A DNA stretch of 64,000 bases from Fimbriimonadales bacterium (GCA_051003155.1 JBPCLO010000013.1:64001-128000); one strand, 5' to 3'; numbered from the stretch's first letter, positions 38,940 to 48,720 are shown. Notes: generated by a model from the sequence alone, not told the origin. Translations and numbers: made by a program.

Positions 38940-39384
38940 CAAGTCGATTGTTGCGACAGGCCGACGACGATTTGGCCGTTCGCCGACACCGCAAGTGCTC
39001 GGCTGGCAAAGCTGCTTGAGCCAGGGAGGTCGCTAAGCCCGATCATTCCGGACGGTCCAGCGAAATGCCTCGGTGCCGTTCGAGCTCTCGCTCGAACCCA
39101 CGATGTAGCTGCCGTTGAAGGACGCTTTTGTGGCGCGTGCGAACGAACTGCCTCCGGGAAGGTCGCCAAGACCAAAGACCCCTTCAGGAGTCCACCGCAC
39201 AGCCTCGAACGTGGTCCCGATGCCGGACACCCCGACGATGACGCGCCCGTCCGCAGAGATGCCGTTCGCAGCGCTGAGGAAACCGCCGAACGCCTCGCCA
39301 CCGAGGCCGCGGAAAGAGTTTATGGGAAAAGCGGCGGTTGAAAAAAGCACACGCCGAAAGTAAAGCGGCTAATCTTGCGCTCAT
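38940..39384 (-). pseudogene. Frameshifted, truncated HAF-repeat secreted protein
   Basis: Signal peptide from ATG 39384; frameshift at A6 39341-39346; 'ANGISADGRVIVG..EAVRWT..GLGDLPGG' repeats; second frameshift ~39052; homology ends ~38940. Confidence 0.8.
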
Positions 39385-39479
39385 TAGAACCCTCCTTCGA
39401 GCCGGCTCAAAGCCTGCGCATCAGCAGGCCCTGTCGAGCCGCTAAAAACAATTAGACGTCGGCACGGAGTCCGGGCGTT

Positions 39480-40676
39480 CTACCTTAAAGGCAATTCGGT
39501 AAGCGTCTTCGTCGACGTCGGCTCAATCCAAACGCCGTCTTCCTTCAGCAGCTTCACCAGCTCCTCCACGCCATGCTCCTGCGGAACGCTCGCTTTCACC
39601 ACCTCGTGGCCACGGTAGAGAGCGATCACTCCGCCGGCTTTGCCCACGTATCCGTAATCCGCGTCCGCCATCTCGCCCGGGCCGTTCACGATGCAGCCCA
39701 TCACGGCGATATCGAGGCCGCTGAGGTGGCCGGTCGCCTCTTTCACCTTGCGGAAAACGCTCGGCAGGTCGAACTTCGTGCGGCCACAAGAGGGGCAGGC
39801 GATGAACTCGGTTTTCGTGCGCCGCAGCCCCAACGCCTGGAGAATGTCATAGCAGACGGGAATTTCGTTCAGCGGGTCTTCAGCCAGTGATACCCGTATC
39901 GTGTCGCCGATTCCTTCCGCCAGCAGAGTTCCGATGCCTGCAGTCGACTTTATGCGCGCGTATTCCCCATCCCCGGCCTCCGTCACTCCGAGGTGAAGAG
40001 GGTAATCGCACCGCTCGGCAATCATGCGGTTCGCGGCCAGCATGACCGGGACGCGGGAAGCCTTGAGGGACAGAACGATGTTGCGGAAATCGTGCCTTTC
40101 GCAGATTCGCACGTATTCCAGGGCGCTCTCGACCATTCCCTCGGGGGTATCTCCGTGAGTTACGAGCATCCTTTCGGCCAGCGAGCCGTGATTGACGCCG
40201 ATCCGCATGGCGATATTCCGGGCCTTGCAGGCTTCGATCACGGGCGTCAAGTCTTCCTCGATCGCCGCGAGTTCTTCCGCGTGCTCCTCGGGAGAGTAGT
40301 CCTCGGTGCGCTGAACCCGCTTGCGGAAAACGAAAAGCCCCGGGTTGATGCGGACTTTGTCGACGTGCTTGGCAACCTCGACGGCAATCGGCGATCCCTG
40401 GTGGTGTACATCCGCGACTAAAGGCACCGGGCCTTCTCGCTCCGTGACTTTCGCCTTGATTTCCTCCAAGCACTGCGCTTCGACAAATGTCGGCGTGGTG
40501 ACCCGCACGATTTCGCATCCGGCTCTATGGAGAGCCACGATCTGCTCGACGCAGGCATCCACGTTGCGCGTCTCTTCGGTGATCATGCTCTGCACGACTA
40601 TGGGAGCGCCACCGCCGATGGTGATGTTGCCGACTTGAACGGGTCGGCTGTTGCGCTTCGCGAAAGTTGGATGCAT
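39480..40676 (-). CDS. ispG: (E)-4-hydroxy-3-methylbut-2-enyl-diphosphate synthase
   Basis: 'RINPG', 'RIGVNHGSL', 'HLGVTEAG', '[10 protein letters not shown]', 'CPSCGR', '[10 protein letters not shown]'. Confidence 0.97.
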   Translation of the reverse strand: MHPTFAKRNSRPVQVGNITIGGGAPIVVQSMITEETRNVDACVEQIVALHRAGCEIVRVTTPTFVEAQCLEEIKAKVTEREGPVPLVADVHHQGSPIAVEVAKHVDKVRINPGLFVFRKRVQRTEDYSPEEHAEELAAIEEDLTPVIEACKARNIAMRIGVNHGSLAERMLVTHGDTPEGMVESALEYVRICERHDFRNIVLSLKASRVPVMLAANRMIAERCDYPLHLGVTEAGDGEYARIKSTAGIGTLLAEGIGDTIRVSLAEDPLNEIPVCYDILQALGLRRTKTEFIACPSCGRTKFDLPSVFRKVKEATGHLSGLDIAVMGCIVNGPGEMADADYGYVGKAGGVIALYRGHEVVKASVPQEHGVEELVKLLKEDGVWIEPTSTKTLTELPLR

Positions 40677-40688
40677 CTGATGACGAGT

Positions 40689-41321
40689 TTACTTGTTCGC
40701 GGCAGTTTCCTTCGCCGCTTCATCAATACCGTAAACCAGGATGCTCAGCTCGCCTATTGGGAAACCCTTGTCTATCAACATCCTTGCGCGGCCAACAACC
40801 GTTAGGACGCCTTCGTTCCCTGGAGCGCCGATATTTACAACCACCCGAACAGCGTCGTCCTTCTCCCACGAGTAAGCGGCGGCGTACTTGCTCTCGGCGT
40901 TCTCGGCGGGCTCACCGAACCGGTCCAGTTCGCGGGAAATCTCGCCATCGCGCTTGTTGATGTCGAGCCCCTTGTGCATCAGCACGAACCACGCGAGCTT
41001 TCCTTCGGTTCCAACGGCCTCGAAGAGCATCTCGTCGTTCTCCCACGCCCAAGTTTCAGCATTTTCCGATAGACCGGGAACGCCCTCCGCCCCACCGGGC
41101 CGCGGGAAAGCCTTTTTGGCGTCTGCGATCGTCCCGCCGAGCGAAAGTCGCCCCCCAGGACCGTCCACCTGCAGAAGGCCGAGCGGCTTGGTTATCGTAA
41201 CCGAGGTTTTGTCGGGCTGGATGGCCGGCGGTTGTGTCGGTCCGCACCCCAGGCAGCTACCCAGCGCAACGGGGATGAATGCAATGAACGGCCCGCATAA
41301 GCGAGCCGTTCTGGGTCTCAT
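40689..41321 (-). CDS. Hypothetical lipoprotein
   Basis: ATG 41321, hydrophobic leader ending 'CLGCG'; no recognised domain. Confidence 0.6.
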   Translation of the reverse strand: MRPRTARLCGPFIAFIPVALGSCLGCGPTQPPAIQPDKTSVTITKPLGLLQVDGPGGRLSLGGTIADAKKAFPRPGGAEGVPGLSENAETWAWENDEMLFEAVGTEGKLAWFVLMHKGLDINKRDGEISRELDRFGEPAENAESKYAAAYSWEKDDAVRVVVNIGAPGNEGVLTVVGRARMLIDKGFPIGELSILVYGIDEAAKETAANK

Positions 41322-41373
41322 GCCTGTCTGCACAATCAGAGATCCATCCTTAAGATAACACAACATCCGAGGT

Positions 41374-41952
41374 TTAAAACGAGTTTTTGCCGATTTTCGC
41401 ATTGCGACTTAGTGATCGGCTCGCTTCGTCGCAAAATCGCCAGTTCCTATCTGCTGCCTTTGTGATGCCGATCCGTGGCGAGGAGACGACTTTCGACGGC
41501 TTCCGCTCGTGCCCTAGTATGATGCGCTTTCCGAGTTTCGTGCCGCTAAAATCGCCTGTGGCCCCCAACGCGCGGGCCAGATTACCGGGGCCGGAGCATA
41601 GGCGCTCGTCGCAGATATTCGGCCGTCGCTGCCTCATGGAGACGATTCCTCGAAGAGGCTCCAAAGCCCGAATAAGCACTGCTTCACCCCGTCCTTCAGG
41701 CCCGGTTACCAGATTCATGCACCAATGGACGCCATAGCTTCGGTATATATAAACGTGGCCGCCGGCGAGAAACATCGGATGATTCCTGCCCCTGGGCCCG
41801 CCGTAGCAGTGGCTGGCGGGGTCATCTTCCATGTACGCCTCCACCTCTACGATTCTCCCGCCGACGTCATCCACGTACAGCCCCATACCCAGGATAAGAG
41901 GCGCCGCTTCGATTGCGGGCAACACGAGAATTCGGCAAATGGCGTCATCCAT
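41374..41952 (-). CDS. mpg: DNA-3-methyladenine glycosylase (MPG/AAG family)
   Basis: 'IVEVEAY..DDPASH', 'YIYRSYGVHWCMN', 'AVLIRALEP', 'GPG', 'RIGI'. Confidence 0.93.
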   Translation of the reverse strand: MDDAICRILVLPAIEAAPLILGMGLYVDDVGGRIVEVEAYMEDDPASHCYGGPRGRNHPMFLAGGHVYIYRSYGVHWCMNLVTGPEGRGEAVLIRALEPLRGIVSMRQRRPNICDERLCSGPGNLARALGATGDFSGTKLGKRIILGHERKPSKVVSSPRIGITKAADRNWRFCDEASRSLSRNAKIGKNSF

Positions 41953-41996
41953 GCTTCTCCCAATCGTAACTTCAAGCGTAACGAGGCGTCAAGTCA

Positions 41997-42647
41997 ATGA
42001 CACGCAAAGAGAAGGATAAATCGCAAATGGAAGCAGCAGCATATTCATCAGCGCGTACAGATTGGGTAGCCACGGAGGACGAAGCCTTGATCCTGGCTGC
42101 GAAGAACGGTGAATACAACGCTTTCGAACGATTGTATGAGAAGCATCGCAACACCGTATACCGCTTCGTTTATCAGATTACCCGCCGCACGGAAGAGGCC
42201 GAAGATATCACTCAGGAAGCTTTCGTCCGTGCGTTTCAAAACCTGTACAAATTCCGCAAGCAGGCTAAGTTCACGACTTGGATCCTGCGGATCGCGACGA
42301 ATTTATGTACTGACCGTGCCCGCATGAGCACACGCCGAATGGCGCTGGAGCAGCAGGAAGCGGCGGGTGCGCTCGAATGGATGACGGTGGGCACACCGGT
42401 GAATCCAGTGGAAGAACTCGAAGGAGACCGACGGGCCAAGCTGGTTCGAAAAGCCCTCGCGGCGCTGCCCGAGCACCACAGGAACGTATTGATTTGGCGC
42501 GATTTCGAACAGCGGGAGTATGCAGAGATTTCAGAGATTTTGGGGTGCTCGACGGGCGGAGCCAAACTTCGCGTGTTGAGAGCGAGGCGTGCGTTGAGAG
42601 ACCGCCTGTCGCCACTCCTTGAAGGTGGACCAAACGATGAGTTGTAA
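41997..42647 (+). CDS. ECF RNA polymerase sigma factor
   Basis: 'AEDITQEAFVRA', 'FTTWILRIATN', region 4 'Y.EISEILG...G.K.R..RAR'. Confidence 0.93.
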   Translation: MTRKEKDKSQMEAAAYSSARTDWVATEDEALILAAKNGEYNAFERLYEKHRNTVYRFVYQITRRTEEAEDITQEAFVRAFQNLYKFRKQAKFTTWILRIATNLCTDRARMSTRRMALEQQEAAGALEWMTVGTPVNPVEELEGDRRAKLVRKALAALPEHHRNVLIWRDFEQREYAEISEILGCSTGGAKLRVLRARRALRDRLSPLLEGGPNDEL

Positions 42648-43344
42648 GAGATTTGAACAAGAATTGATCGAGTTCGCCTTTGGCGAGGCCGAACCGAGTA
42701 GTGAGCTTCGGGACCACATGACGGACTGCGAGACTTGTGCGCACGAGTTAGCCGTGTATCGCACCTCCGCGACGGTGCTGCGCGCCCTCCCTGCCGCGCC
42801 AGAACCTGCCCTCAGCAGTGACCGCTTAAGGCAGGCGATCCTGTCCAGGGAACTCAGGCCCGGTAGGCCGGCATGGGTCGCACGGTTCGGATTTGCCGGA
42901 GCGGTCGCGGCCGCGGGGCTAAGTCTATGGATTGCCGTGGGTCGTGGCCCTTCCGATTTTGACGCGCCTTCGAGCGGCCATGTCGCCGTAGCGCCTGTAG
43001 ACGAGGCCGCAGACGTTGGGACGGGGCCTATAATCATCCCCGAAGCAACACCAAAGCTCGAGGTCACCCCGCCTCGTACCATCGATAATCTGGTCGGCGG
43101 CGGCGAGCCTAAAAAAGCGTCCAGACCGGCCGCCAGGCACGGAAGACGAATTCGTTCGGTGGAGCGAGAACCAAGAATGGAAGAGCTAATGGCCGTCGCG
43201 ACTGGCGGGCTCGAATCCGCCGTGGACATGAGCGAAGCGCCCGCCTCCGTCACACCGAGCTCGGCATCCGAAGTCATCGTTATCCAACCCGCCGCAGGTG
43301 AGGCGATCGAGAGGCCATCCAATGATGTTTCTATCGGCGGCTAG
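42637..43344 (+). CDS. Zinc-binding (ZAS) transmembrane anti-sigma factor
   Basis: HxxxCxxC (HMTDCETC), single TM helix; overlaps the sigma gene stop. Confidence 0.85.
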   Translation: MSCKRFEQELIEFAFGEAEPSSELRDHMTDCETCAHELAVYRTSATVLRALPAAPEPALSSDRLRQAILSRELRPGRPAWVARFGFAGAVAAAGLSLWIAVGRGPSDFDAPSSGHVAVAPVDEAADVGTGPIIIPEATPKLEVTPPRTIDNLVGGGEPKKASRPAARHGRRIRSVEREPRMEELMAVATGGLESAVDMSEAPASVTPSSASEVIVIQPAAGEAIERPSNDVSIGG

Positions 43345-44371
43345 CATCGCTGTGACCCTTGTCGCAGCCGGCCAGGATGGGCTAACTACAGCTCCCTTGC
43401 GCGCCGACCTTCGCCAAGTGGCAGCGCGGCGCACCCTGACCCTGAGCCAAGGTGGAGTTGTCGTGGGCCAGGGCGTGCTGATTTCGTCTACGGGCCTGGC
43501 GATCGCTCCCGGAGAGGCAGCCTTCGGCTACAACGGCGCCCCTCGCCGGTCGCTCTCCGCCAGCCAGGTGGGCAAGCGGGACATGGCGGTCAAGGTCGAA
43601 TCGTACGACGCTGTGACCGACCTTGCCTTGATCCGAGTGCCTGGGCTTGCCGGCGGCGACGCGAAATTCGCCCAACTCGCATCGCGATTCGATTCATCGG
43701 TCGTGATGGTCGCGCTTCACTCCGGTCCTGCGAGGGCCCAAATGGCACGCCGAGGTCTGACGGGGGTTGTCGGCCTAGGCAAACGATATATGCCACTGAA
43801 CGAGATACGCCTGGAGGCCGGGGCGACCGCGCTCACAGGCTCACCGGTCTTCTCGGCGGATGGAAAATTGGTCGGAATACTCATGGCGCAGTTGAACGAC
43901 GAGATCGGAACGCGCGACATGCCAGAGGCAGAAGTCGCGCCGAAGGCGTTTGGCGGCAGCGCCGGCCCGGCTAGATCGTTCGGTCCGATGCCGTCGGCAA
44001 CGGCGTTCTCACTAGACCTACCGGTTCTCGACCGTGTCATCGAAGGGTTCCTCAGCGAGAAGCATCAGGTGACGCACCCGTGGATAGGCCTGTTCTTCAA
44101 GACGTCTCCTTCGGGTGGCGCGGAAGTGACGCGGGTTATCGGCGAAAGCCCTGCCGAGGCTGCGGGAATCAAGGTTGGCGAAGTGATCACCTCGGCAGGT
44201 GCGCAATCTTTCGATTCGCATATCGACTTCGCCGCATACCTTTTCAGCCAGAAGGTCGGAGCGTCTTGCGACCTACAGATCCGCTGGGGCACGTCCGCAC
44301 GAAAGGTCCGCGTCAAAATCGCCAAGGACACGGGTTCTGGGCACCAACTCCGCCGCGTTATCGAGGACTAA
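43322..44371 (+). CDS. HtrA/S1C-like trypsin-fold + PDZ protein with degenerate catalytic residues
   Basis: 'GQGVLIS..G', 'D..TDLALIRV', 'TGSPVF..DGKLVGI', PDZ 'WIGL..SPAEAAGIKVGEVI'. Confidence 0.8.
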   Translation: MMFLSAASIAVTLVAAGQDGLTTAPLRADLRQVAARRTLTLSQGGVVVGQGVLISSTGLAIAPGEAAFGYNGAPRRSLSASQVGKRDMAVKVESYDAVTDLALIRVPGLAGGDAKFAQLASRFDSSVVMVALHSGPARAQMARRGLTGVVGLGKRYMPLNEIRLEAGATALTGSPVFSADGKLVGILMAQLNDEIGTRDMPEAEVAPKAFGGSAGPARSFGPMPSATAFSLDLPVLDRVIEGFLSEKHQVTHPWIGLFFKTSPSGGAEVTRVIGESPAEAAGIKVGEVITSAGAQSFDSHIDFAAYLFSQKVGASCDLQIRWGTSARKVRVKIAKDTGSGHQLRRVIED

Positions 44372-46091
44372 CGGACCGCAACGCCTTCAACTCGAGTTTC
44401 GGGGCCATGGTGCCGTTGTACCGATTGACGGTCGCCTTGAAGAGCAGGTCGACGCTGTCACCCTCTTGGAGACCGCCGAATTGTTGGCCCATGCCAAACG
44501 CAATGCCCCTAACTTGCTTGCCGCACTCGATTGCGAATTGCACGTGTTCCTGTGTTCGAGTCGGTTTGACCATCGACAGAGCGCAGTCCTTCAAGATGAA
44601 AGCGGGCTCTGGATTCATTTGTCCGAACGGCGCCATCCGCTCAAGCCCCAAAAATCCTTGCAGGTCTATCTCGGTGGTCTCTATTACTCCGTCTGCGCTG
44701 TACGTGGGAACCAAATCGTCACTGGACAAGATGCCTGCCGCGTATTCCTCGAGTTTTGAACGCACTTCATCCAGCCGACCCGCATCGATGGCGAACCCGG
44801 CCGCAAATGCATGGCCGCCGCAGGAAAGGAAAAGGTCTTCGTGCTTTTGGAGCGCCCTGTGCATATGGAAAGTCGGAATGCTTCTCGCCGAACCTCGAAC
44901 GGTCCCGGTCTCTTCATCGATGCACCCGACCAGCGCGGGTCGGTAGTAGCGCTCGACAAGCTTTCCAGCAACGATGCCGACTACCCCGGGGTGCCATCCT
45001 GGCGCAGCGACCATGATAAGCGATCGCTTATCCAACCCGTTCTCGAGAATGATCTCTTCCGCTTGCGCCAGTATTCGCTCATGTTCGAGTTTTCGCTCTA
45101 CATTGTGTGTATTGAGCCGCTGCGCCAGCTTTGCCGCCTCGATCGGGTCTTCGGTCATTAGAAGATCGAGCGAGTGGGCCGCGTCGTCGATCCGGCCTGC
45201 TGCGTTCAGCCGAGGGCCCAGCTTCCACCCCACGTCGCCCTCATTGACCGCTCTACCTGCGATTTGAGCAACGTCGAGGAGCGCGCGAATGCCAACTTTC
45301 TTAGTTACCGTCAGGGCTTCTAAGCCATGCGACGCTAGAATCCGATTCTCGCCGACCAACGGCACGACATCGGCGATCGTGCCGAGACATACCAGGTCTA
45401 GGTAGGCCCGAACGAAGTGCTTGCGCTTGGCGCCGCATTCCTCCGCAACGGCTTGCGCAATTTTGAAGGCCACGCCCGCCCCGCAAAGTTCCTTGAAGGG
45501 GTAGGCGCTGTCGGGACGATGGGGATTGACAAGCGCATTCACGGTCGGAAGCTCGGTTCCAAGTTCATGGTGGTCGGTGACGACAACGCGCAGCCCAGCT
45601 TCGCGGGCCTTCGCCAACGACGAGATCGCGCCGCTCCCGCAGTCGCAAGTTACGAAGAGTTTTGCTCCGGCGTCAACGGCTGCTTGAACCGCCGTTTCGT
45701 GGATGCCGTAACCCTCCTTCATCCGATGGGGAACATGAGGCACGACATTGAAACCCAGTTTGCGCAAGCTGCGTGTCCAGATCGCGGCGCTTGTAACTCC
45801 GTCCACATCGTAATCGCCGTGCACATAGATGATCTCGCCGCGCTCCTTGGCCGACATGATCTCCCTTACGGCAGCTTCGGCATCGGGAAGCTCCAGAGGG
45901 TCGTGGAGGTCCTCGAGCGAAGGGTTGAGAAATGCTTCCGCTGCCGCAGGGTCTTCGATCCCGCGCGCGACCAAGGCGGCGCAAGCGAGCGGCGGAATGC
46001 CCAGCTCTGTCGCCAACCTCTGTTCGGCGGCCCGCTGCCTAGCAGGAGCAATCCAGCGGGACTCGGTTGGGGGATCGGCGATCATCGACAT
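44358..46091 (-). CDS. recJ: Single-stranded DNA exonuclease RecJ
   Basis: 'GDYDVDG', 'TDHH', 'GTIADV', 'PRLNAAGR', 'GGHAFAAG'. Confidence 0.97.
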   Translation of the reverse strand: MSMIADPPTESRWIAPARQRAAEQRLATELGIPPLACAALVARGIEDPAAAEAFLNPSLEDLHDPLELPDAEAAVREIMSAKERGEIIYVHGDYDVDGVTSAAIWTRSLRKLGFNVVPHVPHRMKEGYGIHETAVQAAVDAGAKLFVTCDCGSGAISSLAKAREAGLRVVVTDHHELGTELPTVNALVNPHRPDSAYPFKELCGAGVAFKIAQAVAEECGAKRKHFVRAYLDLVCLGTIADVVPLVGENRILASHGLEALTVTKKVGIRALLDVAQIAGRAVNEGDVGWKLGPRLNAAGRIDDAAHSLDLLMTEDPIEAAKLAQRLNTHNVERKLEHERILAQAEEIILENGLDKRSLIMVAAPGWHPGVVGIVAGKLVERYYRPALVGCIDEETGTVRGSARSIPTFHMHRALQKHEDLFLSCGGHAFAAGFAIDAGRLDEVRSKLEEYAAGILSSDDLVPTYSADGVIETTEIDLQGFLGLERMAPFGQMNPEPAFILKDCALSMVKPTRTQEHVQFAIECGKQVRGIAFGMGQQFGGLQEGDSVDLLFKATVNRYNGTMAPKLELKALRSVSPR

Positions 46092-46148
46092 CGATATAAT
46101 AGCCGACGAACTGCCACCGAAGAAGTTTGCAGTGGTAGTCTCTAATTG

Positions 46149-46391
46149 GTGAAGACCGTTGCGATAACGGGCGAATATATCGGATTAGGCCAACTGCTCA
46201 AGTTCGCCGGATTGGTGGGAAGCGGCGGGGAAGGGCGTGAGCTCCTGGGAGCAGGGAAAGTATCCGTTAACGGGGCGACGGAAGGGAGAAGGGGGCGGAA
46301 GGTTCGCCACGGCGACGTCGTGGCCGTCCTAGATCGCGAGCGGGTTCGCATCGAAGCTCCTAGCGCTCGTCGCCTTGACCAACCCGGTTGA
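46149..46391 (+). CDS. S4-domain RNA-binding protein (YaaA/YbcJ-like)
   Basis: 'YIGLGQLLK..GLVGSGGE', 'V.VNG..E.RRGRK'; GTG 46149 lies 7 nt after TAGTCT. Confidence 0.85.
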   Translation: MKTVAITGEYIGLGQLLKFAGLVGSGGEGRELLGAGKVSVNGATEGRRGRKVRHGDVVAVLDRERVRIEAPSARRLDQPG

Positions 46392-46620
46392 CCCTCGCAC
46401 GCTGATCGTCGATGCGCAGGACCTGATCGGTTACCAGGCCGCGCAGTTCTTCGACCTCGATCTGCAACCTGTCGATCCTTTCGGCAAGTCTCGAGTTGTG
46501 AGCTTGGTCTCCGTGGATGAGCGTGGCCATCTTCCGCTGGTGTGAAAGCATGATCGCAACAAGCGGCAAAACGACAACTAAACCGAATCCTGTAAACAGA
46601 GCAATGATATCGGGATCCAT
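46360..46620 (-). CDS. Small membrane protein (one TM helix + coiled coil)
   Basis: N-terminal TM segment, 'HQRKMA', coiled-coil tail; TACACT 10 nt before ATG. Confidence 0.65.
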   Translation of the reverse strand: MDPDIIALFTGFGLVVVLPLVAIMLSHQRKMATLIHGDQAHNSRLAERIDRLQIEVEELRGLVTDQVLRIDDQRARVNRVGQGDER

Positions 46621-46680
46621 GCGACCATTGAGTGTACCGGGAGATGCTGGTTATGGTTGCAACCGAGTATTTCAGCCGAG

Positions 46681-47925
46681 TTATTTCAACGAGCGCAAGT
46701 ACTCAGCCAATTCGCGAAGATCGACTTCCGCGATTTTCGGAAAGGCAGGCATTCTGTCTCTCCCTTTCGACGGCGGGTCCTTGACGAGCGCCATAAACCA
46801 ATTCGGATCCGACTTCCTTTTGCCGACGCCGCCGAGGTTGGGGCCGACTATCTGATCGCCCTCGTCGCCTACCTTGTGGCACTCAAAACACTCCTCCTTG
46901 AGAAAAATCGCCTTACCCCGGTTTGCCATCGCCGAATCGACCTCAGCAAATTCTTTGGCAGGCGCTTGCTCTTTCGGAAACATCGGTTCGCCGAATGGAC
47001 TTTGAGCGGCAGTGCCGGCCAAAGCCATCGCGGCCAGCAAACCGAGAGACGCTGCGCCGAACAAGATCCTTGCTCCGGTCGATGGCCCTCCCGAATTTCG
47101 TCCGAAGAACGGAAGGGCGGCGAGGACACCTCCGATAAAGCCCGGAATCGCGATCGCGCCCAACCATCCTGCCGCCGGGTTCAAGCCCTGTGCGGCAATC
47201 AGCAGACTATGCATCGGATAGACGTACCACATCGGCTTTGTTGCGCCGAGCGCCAGGTCTTGCGGGGACGCAGCGGGACCAAGCGGGGCGGCGAGGACGG
47301 CGGCTAAAACGAGCGCGGTCGCCAACGGCAATAGAGCGAAAAACCACGCGGGTCGGAGGTCTCGCCTACTTCGAAACGCCCGGGCCCCAGAAAGTAGCGA
47401 TACAATAAGCGCGAGGGGGAGAAATCGATGAAGCGCGTACCAGAAGCCGAGGGTTTCAGGTCCGACGCTGCCGCCGGAGAGGACCGCCTGACGAAGGTTC
47501 GGACCCACCGAAGGCACCCCGCCGGCGATCCCCGCTTCGACATTGACCGACCGGACGTCGTGCGCCGACAGCGGCAAAAAGTTACCCGTCATTTGCAGCG
47601 CAAGGATAAGGGCGAAAGCACCCAGGGAACTCCACCAGAGCACCCGCGTTTGCCACCGATGCCACCCATACCAAAGCATGAGTACGAGCGTCAGCCCGAA
47701 AACAAGGATAAGCAAGGAACTGGCCCAATAGTGGGCAGAGGCGGCGAAGCTCCAGAATGCGTCGCCTCTAAGGGACGATATCGAGGCGTGCGCCTCGGAA
47801 AGCGTCGGCTTGTAACGAAAGACGAGTAGCACCCCCAGGACGACCTCAACAGCCGCGAGAATCCAACCCGAGACGAGAGCCGATGCTATGAGCCCGGTCT
47901 TTTCCGGGGCCGAATCCCGGTTCAT
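46681..47925 (-). CDS. Cytochrome b/b6-subunit IV-like protein fused to monoheme cytochrome c
   Basis: 'Y.PT..EAH.SI', 'HYWASS', 'TGNFLP', 'FWYALHRFLP', PEWY-like 'KPMWY', CxxCH (CFECH), 'RMPAF'. Confidence 0.88.
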   Translation of the reverse strand: MNRDSAPEKTGLIASALVSGWILAAVEVVLGVLLVFRYKPTLSEAHASISSLRGDAFWSFAASAHYWASSLLILVFGLTLVLMLWYGWHRWQTRVLWWSSLGAFALILALQMTGNFLPLSAHDVRSVNVEAGIAGGVPSVGPNLRQAVLSGGSVGPETLGFWYALHRFLPLALIVSLLSGARAFRSRRDLRPAWFFALLPLATALVLAAVLAAPLGPAASPQDLALGATKPMWYVYPMHSLLIAAQGLNPAAGWLGAIAIPGFIGGVLAALPFFGRNSGGPSTGARILFGAASLGLLAAMALAGTAAQSPFGEPMFPKEQAPAKEFAEVDSAMANRGKAIFLKEECFECHKVGDEGDQIVGPNLGGVGKRKSDPNWFMALVKDPPSKGRDRMPAFPKIAEVDLRELAEYLRSLK

Positions 47926-48720
47926 TTAAAACGGTACCCACTGGCCCGTCGGAACGTTCCCTCGCTTCGCCACTTTCAATGCCGGGAGGGCGGACTTGAG
48001 AATCGCGATACTTCCGTCTGCCCGCAGGCCGATTGTGCCCTGGGCGTTGTGCAACGGCTTCAGCCGCGAGATGTCGGATTTCGAATCTGAGAGGAAGGCT
48101 ACTCTTGTAACGTATCGAGTTGTTCGATCAGCTTCGACATTGGAATTGTCGTAGCCGATAACGTAACCGTCACGGCGACCGAGCGGAATCGGGTTATAGC
48201 TGTTCACTACTCCGCCGCCGATCGTTTCCGCAAGCAAGATCGTGGCATCCTCGACTTCATATCGGCGGGCAGCCGACGCGGCGCAAAGCATTCCGTAACT
48301 GAGCGAGATCGTCTCACGCCCGCCGTCCTTAACAGTTTGGCTTAGCAAAGTATCGCCATCTGGCGGATTTGCTGGGTTCGAAAATATCGCCGCGCGTTGG
48401 GCATAGTCGAATAACTGATTCGCCCAGGTGATCGGCAGCCCTTGCGCATCTTGAGCCCCGGGAAGGACCACAGCGGGCAACCCTTCGTTATTGGCGGCGC
48501 TGTAGAGGCCGATGGCCATGCCGATCGCTTGCAAGTTGGTTTGCGAGACCACGAAATCCCGGTTAGCCTTCCAGGGCCGGTAGAAAATGAAATAGGCCAC
48601 AGTAAGAGCAACGGCGCCCGCGCCGAGCCAAATCAGAAATTCTTTACGGGTGACGTAGTGGCGAAGGGCGCGCTCCGAGTCGCGTTCGCGCGTCTCGTCA
48701 TCGAGAGCGCAGAAGATCAC
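47926..48720 (-). CDS. Divergent DUF1559/prepilin-like membrane-anchored protein
   Basis: 'VTRKEFLI'+TM, 'SQTNLQAIGMAIGLY...NEGLP', 'SYG', C-terminal 'H..........DG'. Confidence 0.65.
   Translation of the reverse strand: MIFCALDDETRERDSERALRHYVTRKEFLIWLGAGAVALTVAYFIFYRPWKANRDFVVSQTNLQAIGMAIGLYSAANNEGLPAVVLPGAQDAQGLPITWANQLFDYAQRAAIFSNPANPPDGDTLLSQTVKDGGRETISLSYGMLCAASAARRYEVEDATILLAETIGGGVVNSYNPIPLGRRDGYVIGYDNSNVEADRTTRYVTRVAFLSDSKSDISRLKPLHNAQGTIGLRADGSIAILKSALPALKVAKRGNVPTGQWVPF

Noticed and set aside
38699..39036. Short plus-strand ORFs after the redoxin gene
   Set aside because: No recognisable motif, and they overlap the decayed HAF gene; they may be relic sequence but I cannot support them as genes.
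35273..39400. Intact prophage or integrative element
   Set aside because: Only a TerS-like gene is present; I saw no integrase, structural genes or att repeats.
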